A stretch of DNA of 64,000 bases from Chitinophagales bacterium (GTDB lineage: Bacteria > Bacteroidota > Bacteroidia > Chitinophagales > UBA8649), in assembly GCA_049890075.1 (NCBI GenBank), contig JBMHCE010000001.1:22633-86632 (forward strand), read 5' to 3'. Each line of letters starts with the position of its first letter. Position 1 is the first letter of the stretch. Of this stretch, positions 10,620 through 18,990 are shown one piece after another. The notes under the pieces are model-generated. The model saw nothing but the letters and a program-made list of their open reading frames with translations. It did no database searches and was not told where the DNA came from. The position numbers and the translations under genes are program-made.

Positions 10620-11794
10620 ACCCCAAACATTCGATTTGTTTTGGCCTTGCCCTGCGTTGTTTAGTATTGCACATTTCACTGTTTGTAGGTATGGGAGTAT
10701 TGTCCAATGCACAGGCCCAAACGGCATCAAATCAACTAGAATTTGGTGTTTCTAGCGGACGAATTATTCCTCATAATGCAAAGTTTAAGCCAGTAATCGA
10801 TGGTCCAAGCTTTCTGTACCAAATCTCCTGGCTTCGTCAGAAAGAAGATAGCCTTGCTTGGAGAAGAGCAGCAAACTTTCCTTCTGTTGGCTTGACTTTG
10901 GTTGTGGCCGATTGCGCCCCCAATGATATTTTCGGTTATGCTGTGGGGGTGTCCCCGTTTATTGATTTGGCGTTAAGACAGCGGCCTAAGTCTCGACTGG
11001 ATCTCCGATTAGGAACAGGGTTAGCTTACTTTACTAAGTGCTATGACCCAGTAACGAATCCTGATAACAATGTTATTGGTTCGCACCTTAATACCATAGT
11101 CCACTTTGGTATTCACCATCAATGGATGGTAAGTTCTCGACTTTCTTTGGGCCAAGGAATTGATGTCTTTCATTTTTCTAACGCCCGGACGACGCTACCC
11201 AACTCAGGGATAAATGTAGCCACGGCTAAACTTTTTGTACGGTATGCTTTAGCCAATACAACTCTACGGGATACCCATGCTTCTTCTCGTCATAACCAAG
11301 ATGGTATTGTTGAATTACGACCTCACTCCCTGTCGCTTCGCTATGGCCTTGGACTTAACCATCGAATCGTTGGAGGTCCAGTCCGACTGATTCATTCTAG
11401 TATTGTACAATACATGTATTCTACAGGACCGCTGCATTCCATAGGATTTGGCCTTAAACAGAGTTGGGATATGGGTGAATTAGAGGCGTTAAATTTTTTA
11501 AATCAAGGAGAGGATTTTAAGCTTGGGGCAGCGAGTAATGCAAGCGTTTTTATAGCAGATGCTTGGCGATTTGGAGCTACAGGTTTAGAGTTAGCCGTGG
11601 GTGCCTATCTATACGATCGATCTTTGACCTATTCTCGTCTATGGTTTAAAATAGGCATTCAAGGTTTACTTGGTGGAAGAAAGCGCCTAATGCAAGGCGT
11701 ATTGGGGTGTCATATGAAAAGCCATTATGCGGTGGCGGAGTACGTCGAATTACAATCAGGTATTCAGTTTAACTATGGTAAAAAAAGACGATAG
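10610..11794 (+). CDS. PagL-like lipid A deacylase / acyloxyacyl hydrolase family outer-membrane protein
   Basis: Signal peptide ending SNAQAQ. Beta-barrel-like alternating pattern and an HFSN(A) motif resembling the PagL His-x-Ser-Asn catalytic motif. Confidence 0.45.
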   Translation: MISYPKHSICFGLALRCLVLHISLFVGMGVLSNAQAQTASNQLEFGVSSGRIIPHNAKFKPVIDGPSFLYQISWLRQKEDSLAWRRAANFPSVGLTLVVADCAPNDIFGYAVGVSPFIDLALRQRPKSRLDLRLGTGLAYFTKCYDPVTNPDNNVIGSHLNTIVHFGIHHQWMVSSRLSLGQGIDVFHFSNARTTLPNSGINVATAKLFVRYALANTTLRDTHASSRHNQDGIVELRPHSLSLRYGLGLNHRIVGGPVRLIHSSIVQYMYSTGPLHSIGFGLKQSWDMGELEALNFLNQGEDFKLGAASNASVFIADAWRFGATGLELAVGAYLYDRSLTYSRLWFKIGIQGLLGGRKRLMQGVLGCHMKSHYAVAEYVELQSGIQFNYGKKRR

Positions 11795-12714
11795 ACTTCC
11801 CCTTCTTGATTTCCTAGGTAAAAAGTATGGGTCGACTCTGTATGTTGAACCGCACTCCATTGAGCGGTAGGGATTTCCATTGTAATCCATGTATTTCCAA
11901 AGTCACGCGTCCAGAGGCACAAACCGTTATCGCCTACGGCTAGGCAATTACCATCATCACTACATGACATAGACCGCATACCGGTTATTCCTTTGGGCAT
12001 GCCGCCACTTATTCTTGTAAACGAATTGCCATTATATATATATCGTCGACCACTAAACCCGAGGATTAAACATTGCTCTTCACGACATTCGATATCTATA
12101 AATACATCGCCTTCCATTGGAATTGCTTCCCATGTTTGACCTAAATCCGAGCTCAATAGACCACCTCCAGCCCCTACAGCGATCAAATGTCCTGAGGAAG
12201 CTTCCCATCCAAGGTCATACAGCGCAAGGTTTTGTTTTGTGCTATCCCATACAAACCACAGCGAGTCGGCTACGTGACAGCTACCACGATTATATCCTTC
12301 TCCAGCTACAGCAACAAAGCGCTTATTAGAAAACCAGTGCGCTGCCTGCAAAGGAGCATAGCTTGGATCATTGGCACCTTCCCATGTCATCCCTTGATCA
12401 AATGACACGTAGCGTAATCCGTCATAGCCGATGACTAATAGGGAATCGGTATCTCGCTGAATGAATTGTTCTAAGCCTTTACCTGTGGTAAGCAAAGTGT
12501 CAAAGGTTACTCCATCTTCGGATTGTAATACAAATCCCGAGGCAAAGGTGTTTCCTCCTATCACCCATAGCGAATTGTTGGATGGTGATTGCTCGATATC
12601 TCGTATAGGCTCACCAACGGACAGTATGTTGTCGAGAGAAAGAGGAAGGATACGTTCAGTTTGACAAGCGCTCAGTAGGCACAGGCTTGCGATAAGGAGC
12701 TTAGGCCATTTCAT
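11773..12714 (-). CDS. BNR-repeat / Ycf48-like beta-propeller lipoprotein
   Basis: Lipobox (LLSAC) after the internal Met MKWPKL. Three SxDxGxTW-type BNR motifs: SFDQGMTW, SSDLGQTW, TRDFGNTW. Confidence 0.6.
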   Translation of the reverse strand: MKWPKLLIASLCLLSACQTERILPLSLDNILSVGEPIRDIEQSPSNNSLWVIGGNTFASGFVLQSEDGVTFDTLLTTGKGLEQFIQRDTDSLLVIGYDGLRYVSFDQGMTWEGANDPSYAPLQAAHWFSNKRFVAVAGEGYNRGSCHVADSLWFVWDSTKQNLALYDLGWEASSGHLIAVGAGGGLLSSDLGQTWEAIPMEGDVFIDIECREEQCLILGFSGRRYIYNGNSFTRISGGMPKGITGMRSMSCSDDGNCLAVGDNGLCLWTRDFGNTWITMEIPTAQWSAVQHTESTHTFYLGNQEGEVYRLFLP

Positions 12715-13891
12715 GGCAAACTTCAAGTATGGTATCGGTTGCAAAGTCGATTTCCTCATTACTTATAGGCAGGGGTGGGGCAATTCTCAAGGCATTTGGT
12801 GCAAACAAAAACCAATCGGTTAACAAACCCTTGTCAAGGCAGCGTTTGATTACTTCTTGATTAAAGGCAAAGGATTCAAAATGAATAGCCATCCAAAGGC
12901 CTTTTCGTGATATACATCCAAGCGGTAGCTCACTTAAGTTGTCCTCAAACCGTTGCCCTTTTGCTTCTAACGAAGCCAATAATGGTCCATGATTGAGCAG
13001 GTCAAATGCCGCATGACCTGCAGCACAGCTTACAGGGTGCCCTCCAAAGGTGGTGATATGGCCTAGAATAGGTTTTGTTTGTAGGGCTTCAAATAAATGT
13101 TTATCCCCAATAAATGCTCCGAGTGGCATTCCTCCACCTAGTGCTTTAGCCAATAAAAGAATGTCAGGACAAATGCCATGTTCATCAATGGTAAAACGAT
13201 GGCCTGTTCGCCCAAAGCCGGTCTGAATTTCATCAAAAATCAGCAGACATCCCCACTTATCACATGCCGCGCGTAATGCAGGAAGAAAGTCTGGAGGGGG
13301 CACTCGAATACCACTTTCAGCCTGGACAGGTTCAACAATTACTGCCGCGGTTGACCCATTGATTGCAGCAACCCCTTCTTCTGCTCCATAGTCATAGATA
13401 TAATGACCTGGAATCAAGGGTCTGTAGTTTTGCTTAAAGTGCTCATCGCCCATAGCAGAAAGCGCTCCTGCCGTTGAGCCGTGGTAGGAATTTTTGAAGG
13501 ATATGATTTCTGTTCTTCCCGTAGCGCGTTTGGCAAGTTTTAAAGCACCTTCGGTGGCTTCAGTACCCGAACTGACGTAGTATACGGTGTTTAAGTTGGA
13601 CGGTAAGTGGTCGGTGAGAGCCTTGGCATAAGCAGTCTGGCTGTTTTGAATTAGTTCTCCATAAACTAAAACATGCATGTGCTTCGCTGCTTGATCCTGG
13701 ACGGCCTTAACAATATTGGGATGAGAATGACCCATATTGCTCACAGAAATCCCTGAAATCAAGTCCAGGTATGATTTGTTATTTGGATCAAAAAGATAGC
13801 ATCCTCTTGCTCGTTCAATTTCAAGAGCTAACGGCGCATCATTGGTAAACGCGATATGGTTTTGAAAAAGCTGTCGAGCACTTATTCCCAT
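12701..13891 (-). CDS. class-III (acetylornithine/GABA-type) pyridoxal-phosphate aminotransferase
   Basis: 396 aa with SGTEATEGALKLA, IFDEIQTGFGRTG and a PLP-Lys region LLLAKALGGG. Confidence 0.85.
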   Translation of the reverse strand: MGISARQLFQNHIAFTNDAPLALEIERARGCYLFDPNNKSYLDLISGISVSNMGHSHPNIVKAVQDQAAKHMHVLVYGELIQNSQTAYAKALTDHLPSNLNTVYYVSSGTEATEGALKLAKRATGRTEIISFKNSYHGSTAGALSAMGDEHFKQNYRPLIPGHYIYDYGAEEGVAAINGSTAAVIVEPVQAESGIRVPPPDFLPALRAACDKWGCLLIFDEIQTGFGRTGHRFTIDEHGICPDILLLAKALGGGMPLGAFIGDKHLFEALQTKPILGHITTFGGHPVSCAAGHAAFDLLNHGPLLASLEAKGQRFEDNLSELPLGCISRKGLWMAIHFESFAFNQEVIKRCLDKGLLTDWFLFAPNALRIAPPLPISNEEIDFATDTILEVCHEMA

Positions 13892-13903
13892 AAAAAGTTG
13901 AGA

Positions 13904-14152
13904 TTACTCTACAGCAATTTGACCTTCTTGAATCATATTGCCTGTTACCTGGTCGATGGCGCGATAAAAGTAAATACCTGGCGTCCATGCGCTTACATTA
14001 ACACCTACAGTTGATGTTCTCGGATTAAAGGCCTGTTGAAGCTTTTGACTTCCTTTGCTATCATAAACTTCAATAGCTACGGCATCGAAGTCAGAATCCA
14101 TTAAGCCGAAAAAGAGTTCTTCATGGCTTGGATTAGGATACACTAAAAACTG
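13904..14152 (-). other. T9SS type-A C-terminal sorting domain-like segment of the 564-aa protein
   Basis: The last ~80 aa (NQFLVYPNPSHEELFFGL...VEVYDSKG...GIYFYRAIDQ...) follow the Por_Secre_tail pattern. Confidence 0.55.
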
Positions 14153-15598
14153 ATTGTTTGGTTGTTCAATAGGTTCGCCAATCGAGGTTGGATTACCCAT
14201 GTCAAGGCCACTGGTATCCTTTAGAAAATAGGTAGTGTACAGCTGCATTTCGTCGTCTGATGTAAGGCCAAACTCAACATCTTCGGGGCCGTCATTAATC
14301 CAAGTTGTTCGTGTGAGAAGAAAATCCCCATCGGTCATTGGTAGGAAGTTGTCAAAAAATCGAAAAGGTAGATGGGCATAATCGTAGTTTTCTACAGAAC
14401 AGCCGGGAATACCATTGGCACAACCTGCATCATATTGCTGATAGGTTTCAGTATCTAAAAAGGGCGAAGGCGTAACGTACATGTCAAAGTCCTCTCCATA
14501 TTTATGGGTGTGCCCTACCATTGCCCAGAAGAAGATCTCATCGTCACTACCTGCTCCTGCCGTGCTTAATAAAGTAGGGAGGGTCACCGGAAAGTCTATA
14601 ACAGTTGCCTGACCATCATTGGGAATATCGATATTTAAATTGAAGGCCATTGAAGAGTACATAATTTGCGTAGCAGTACCTGACGGCTGGGTTTCAAAAT
14701 TGATGTAGGCCTCACACTTCATTGGTTGATTGAGGTCGTAGTTGATGTAGTGGCTATTTAAATCAAACACCATGTCTTGCCAAAACTCAAAAGCTGTTCC
14801 GTCAGGTAATGTCAATGCATTGGTATATTGCTCGGTGGCTACAACGGAGAAACTTTCATTATCAATCCCTCTTAACCCGGCAGGAGTCGATTGTCCAAAG
14901 GTTGGATTGCCGTTAAAGTCAATGTATTTGTAGGTTATAAAGTGATGAGAATAGTCACCCATAGTTGTCGACACCTCAGTGACTTCAACATCCTCCGGCA
15001 GGTTCGTTTCATATTTTAAGAAATGCTCACGCTCGCCACCTGCTTCGAGGAAAAATGGTCCGAAATGAACTTGGAAACCATTTGCTGGCGGTGCTGGCGG
15101 ATTAGGAACACTTTCAATACCACCGTTTTGATAAAAATCATCAATCAATGTGGTATTCACCACATCTCCACCAAGAGGAGAACCGTAAAGAATCCACTGA
15201 CGGACTAACTCAATATCCTCGTCAGTCATACTTCCCCCGATGGGCATATCCGATCCTTCGGAGGCATCAAGAACTACATCGGGCGATAGACCATTATTGA
15301 TTTTTCGAAATAAGTAACTTCTGTAAGGGTCTCCGGGATAAATTAACTTATGCCCTTTGCTTGCTGCTTCTGAATTGTTTGGGTTGACATCATATAGATT
15401 ATTGTAGACGTCCTGAATCCTTGCATTCAAGTTCCCTCCGCTTCCCTCTAGATCAAGGCCACCTGCCTGGCTTGCACTTGAGTGACAATAGCCATTAGCA
15501 CAGTTGGTCTGTAAAACATCATAGACCTTTCTCGCTGTGCTTTGAGCACTTGTGTGAAAGGCTACAACCAGAATTAGAGATGAGAGAAGTAGACGCAT
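13904..15598 (-). CDS. secreted PHM/DBH-like copper monooxygenase-fold protein with an N-terminal PSCyt1-like CX4CH motif and a T9SS C-terminal sorting domain
   Basis: Signal peptide. C33-ANGY-C38-H39 is followed by GGLDL, PGDPYRSYL, DMP and WILYG. Putative copper ligands are H218-H219, H283, H363-T-H365-KYG and DDEM451QLYTTYF. The C-terminus (FLVYPNPS...IYFYRAID) is CTD-like. Confidence 0.6.
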   Translation of the reverse strand: MRLLLSSLILVVAFHTSAQSTARKVYDVLQTNCANGYCHSSASQAGGLDLEGSGGNLNARIQDVYNNLYDVNPNNSEAASKGHKLIYPGDPYRSYLFRKINNGLSPDVVLDASEGSDMPIGGSMTDEDIELVRQWILYGSPLGGDVVNTTLIDDFYQNGGIESVPNPPAPPANGFQVHFGPFFLEAGGEREHFLKYETNLPEDVEVTEVSTTMGDYSHHFITYKYIDFNGNPTFGQSTPAGLRGIDNESFSVVATEQYTNALTLPDGTAFEFWQDMVFDLNSHYINYDLNQPMKCEAYINFETQPSGTATQIMYSSMAFNLNIDIPNDGQATVIDFPVTLPTLLSTAGAGSDDEIFFWAMVGHTHKYGEDFDMYVTPSPFLDTETYQQYDAGCANGIPGCSVENYDYAHLPFRFFDNFLPMTDGDFLLTRTTWINDGPEDVEFGLTSDDEMQLYTTYFLKDTSGLDMGNPTSIGEPIEQPNNQFLVYPNPSHEELFFGLMDSDFDAVAIEVYDSKGSQKLQQAFNPRTSTVGVNVSAWTPGIYFYRAIDQVTGNMIQEGQIAVE

Positions 15599-15708
15599 GG
15601 TTATATTTTTTCTAAAATACTAATTTTCAATAGGTTGAATAGTGTTCGTAGGTAATTAGTGGAGGATTAGAGAAAAATAAAGCGTGAAAGTTATTTTTAA
15701 GGCGTAGT

Positions 15709-16860
15709 ATGGGTATAATTCATCCTTCCTTGTTTTTTATCAATTTTGCTGTATTCGGTAAAATTCTGTGGCTCAACATGATTAAATATCCGTCAGTTCG
15801 GCGTTGGGTATTTTGTATGATCCTCGTGCCCGTAATGCTGATTTATTGGTCTTTACTCATCGTGGGAAGGTTGCTTGACGAAATACTGTTTTTCCCCTAC
15901 CGTTGGCATGAGGTTAAATCACCTGTATATATTATAAGCAATCCGAGAAGTGGTACAACATTCTTGCATCGTCTGTTTAACCTTGATGATAAGCGTTTTT
16001 GTACTCCACTTCTTTATCACACACTCTTTCCTTGTATTTTTTGGATTCGTTTGTTTGATACAATTGCATGGGCCGATTCAAAAATTGATGGCCCGTTGCA
16101 TGCCCTTTTAGGTTGGATTGAACGTAAGGTTTTTAAGGGATGGAAGGATGTACATCCTATGGGATTCACGATGCCTGAAGAGGATGAAAATCTTTTTGTG
16201 TCCACCATGATAAGTCCAGCACTTATTCTTGCATGTCCTTTTGTAAAAGACCTTCCGGAATTGCGTTTTGTAGATACTATGCCTAAGCGCACGCAGCAAC
16301 GTTTGAGAATTTTTTATAAAAACTCGCTACAGCGCATGCACTACGCAATGGATCCTTCCAAGACCTTGCTTGTGAAAAATGTATTTAATACGGGGCGTTT
16401 GAAATGGCTAATGGAGACCTTTCCCGAGGCTAGGCTGATTTATCCAGTGCGTCATCCGTACAAATTTGTACCCTCTGTCGTAAGTATGTTTACCGGACCT
16501 TGGAGGCTTCATAGTCCTGACATACTTGATGATAGCGAAGAGTGCCGGGATTTTGCCCAATTGGCTATTGATTATTGTGCTTACATGCAACATATTAGGC
16601 CTTCATTTGCTAATGACCGTTTTTTTGTCATTGATTATAAGGTTATCAAAGAAAATCCATACCAGGTCATTATGGATTTGTACAATCAAATGGGATTAGA
16701 TTTGCCGCCGGAGGTCGAAACTGCCCTTCAAGAAATATCCAAAGGGAATAAAACCTATACAAGTAAACATCACTATTCCTTAGCGCAATACGGGATGTCC
16801 AAAAGCTATGTATACGAACAACTGACAGAAGTTTTTAATGAGTTTGAATTTGAAGCTTGA
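15709..16860 (+). CDS. membrane-anchored sulfotransferase family protein
   Basis: N-terminal hydrophobic helices, then a PAPS 5'-PSB motif (NPRSGTTFLHRL) and a 3'-PB-like motif (YPVRHPYKFVPSVVS). The start is uncertain; the alternative is Met 24. Confidence 0.7.
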   Translation: MGIIHPSLFFINFAVFGKILWLNMIKYPSVRRWVFCMILVPVMLIYWSLLIVGRLLDEILFFPYRWHEVKSPVYIISNPRSGTTFLHRLFNLDDKRFCTPLLYHTLFPCIFWIRLFDTIAWADSKIDGPLHALLGWIERKVFKGWKDVHPMGFTMPEEDENLFVSTMISPALILACPFVKDLPELRFVDTMPKRTQQRLRIFYKNSLQRMHYAMDPSKTLLVKNVFNTGRLKWLMETFPEARLIYPVRHPYKFVPSVVSMFTGPWRLHSPDILDDSEECRDFAQLAIDYCAYMQHIRPSFANDRFFVIDYKVIKENPYQVIMDLYNQMGLDLPPEVETALQEISKGNKTYTSKHHYSLAQYGMSKSYVYEQLTEVFNEFEFEA

Positions 16861-16861
16861 T

Positions 16862-18082
16862 ATGAATGCACAACGAACAATAGGAATTTTAGCCGAAACA
16901 AAATCACCACCAGATAGTCGAGTAGTCTTGCCTCCATTGCTATGTAAAGAGGCGATGAATCGCCATCCTTCATTAAGGATTGTTGTCCAATCCTCTCCGT
17001 CGAGATGTTTTTCAGATGATGAGTACAGAGATCTAGGAATTGAAGTAGTAGATGACGTATCATTTTGTGATGTTTTGTTAGGCGTAAAAGAAGTTGCCAT
17101 CGATCAACTTGTCGATGATAAAACCTATTTTTTCTTCTCCCACACGATTAAGGCTCAACCCTACAATCGACGCTTGCTGCAAACCATTCTAGCAAAAAAC
17201 ATCGAGCTCATTGATTATGAATGCCTTCGGAGCAAGGACGGGCCAAGGGTGATTGCCTTTGGCCGTTGGGCCGGTATCGTAGGGGCTTACAATGGCTTAC
17301 GGGCCCTCGCTATGCGCCTATCCTTAGGGGAATTACCCGCGATGCATAAATGCTTTGATCTTGCCGAGGCTTTGGATGCCTTACGTGCCATCGATTTTTC
17401 TTCGGTACGGCTTGCAGTTACAGGAACTGGTAGGGTAAGTCGTGGGGCAGAAGAAATTGTGAAAGCTGCAGGCTTTGAGGAAGTAAGTCCTTCATCCTAT
17501 GCATCTAGTGAACATAATGGGCAATACGTTATGTTGCCAACAGAATCCTTGTTTGCGCATGATGAATTCGGGTTTCAAACGTCTTTTTATGCGGACCCAA
17601 GCGGTTATCGAAGCACGTTGTTACCCTATCTCCAATCGACAAATCTTTTGGTTAATGGTATTTATTGGGATAACCGTGCACCCTCATTTTTTACCAAGGA
17701 GGAGGCTCATACGTTATTGAAGTCAAATCGACTGACAACTATAGCGGATATAACTTGTGATATTGCGCCTGAGGCATCTATTCCTTTAACCATTCGACCA
17801 TCGATTATTGGAGACGCTGTGTATGGAGTGGAGCCCCAATCATTAACTGAATTGCCTCCATACTCAAGCAATGGGTTGGACATCATGGCGGTTGACAATC
17901 TACCCAATGAATTACCTCGAGATGCTTCCATGGATTTTGGAGCCATGTTTATCGAGCACGTGCTTGATGCCATGATGACCAACGATTACTCAAACCACGA
18001 GATGATTAAACAGGCAACCATTGCCCAAGCAGGGAAGCTCACCTCTGCGTATCAATACCTGACTGAATATGTAAACGCCTAA
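16862..18082 (+). CDS. lysine-ketoglutarate reductase / saccharopine dehydrogenase (L-lysine-forming)-like, AlaDH/PNT family
   Basis: Strongly resembles the LKR half of eukaryotic AASS: YFFFSHTIKAQPYNRRLL, IELIDYE, VIAFGRWAG, GTGRVSRGA, NGIYWD. Start taken at the Met immediately after the upstream stop. Confidence 0.7.
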   Translation: MNAQRTIGILAETKSPPDSRVVLPPLLCKEAMNRHPSLRIVVQSSPSRCFSDDEYRDLGIEVVDDVSFCDVLLGVKEVAIDQLVDDKTYFFFSHTIKAQPYNRRLLQTILAKNIELIDYECLRSKDGPRVIAFGRWAGIVGAYNGLRALAMRLSLGELPAMHKCFDLAEALDALRAIDFSSVRLAVTGTGRVSRGAEEIVKAAGFEEVSPSSYASSEHNGQYVMLPTESLFAHDEFGFQTSFYADPSGYRSTLLPYLQSTNLLVNGIYWDNRAPSFFTKEEAHTLLKSNRLTTIADITCDIAPEASIPLTIRPSIIGDAVYGVEPQSLTELPPYSSNGLDIMAVDNLPNELPRDASMDFGAMFIEHVLDAMMTNDYSNHEMIKQATIAQAGKLTSAYQYLTEYVNA

Positions 18083-18084
18083 CT

Positions 18085-18987
18085 ATGCAAGAACTACCTT
18101 TTCATCGCCTGTTAATTGGATTAGACTTAACAGCTTCCGATTCGACTCTGTTGAATTATATAAATCAGGTGCTGCCATTTATTCCTGCGTCATCGATAGA
18201 TGTCGTCCATGTATACCCATCCTTGCTGGCTGATGGCAATAAAGATGCGCTAGAGGATAAGATCAAGACGGCTATGCAAGACCTTGTTGAACAGCATCTG
18301 ACCACAGATCGTGCGGAATTTCAATATAGTGTTCAGGAAGGATCTCCTTCAGAAGAGATACTCAAAATAGCGTCAAGTCAAAAAGTGGATTTGATCTTTC
18401 TTATGAATCGCGTTGGATTAAAAGGGTCGGCGCTTCTTCAGGATCTCGCCAATAAGTCAAATGCAAGTTTATGGATGGTTCCAGAGGGCTATGATCATTT
18501 TCAGTTTACCAAGTTTTACCTTCCCTTGCAATTTAATGAGCACAATGCGCACACCCTTCGATTGGCCTATGGTCTAGACGAAGCCGATAAGGGCTTTAAT
18601 TTGTTTGTTTGTGAACACCTTTACGAAGTTCCTTCAGGATACCATTACTCAGGAAAACCCTTAGAAGAATACAAGGCCATCCTAGAAGAACAAAGACAGC
18701 AGGACTTTCACCGTTTTGTAGAAGAAAACACCCTTAGCGCCTTAGGGTTAACATGCAATGTCCTCAGTGTTGATGGCATGTCAATTGCGGAAACCATTTA
18801 TGCCCAGTCTCGTAAGATGGGCGCTGACCTTATCTTGATTTCAGCAAGAGGTCGGAGTAAAGTTTCATCATTTCTCTTGGGAAGCGTAACCAATGAACTT
18901 GTTCTCTTAGATCCTGTGGCACCAATGATTTTAGTTAAAAATCCGAAGGGAAATATGGGCCTATGGCAGGCAATCCAGGAGATTTAG
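18085..18987 (+). CDS. universal stress protein (tandem UspA domains)
   Basis: 300 aa in two Usp-like halves. The C-terminal motif ADLILISARGRSKVSSFLLGSVT is typical of UspA. Confidence 0.7.
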   Translation: MQELPFHRLLIGLDLTASDSTLLNYINQVLPFIPASSIDVVHVYPSLLADGNKDALEDKIKTAMQDLVEQHLTTDRAEFQYSVQEGSPSEEILKIASSQKVDLIFLMNRVGLKGSALLQDLANKSNASLWMVPEGYDHFQFTKFYLPLQFNEHNAHTLRLAYGLDEADKGFNLFVCEHLYEVPSGYHYSGKPLEEYKAILEEQRQQDFHRFVEENTLSALGLTCNVLSVDGMSIAETIYAQSRKMGADLILISARGRSKVSSFLLGSVTNELVLLDPVAPMILVKNPKGNMGLWQAIQEI

Positions 18988-18990
18988 CTT

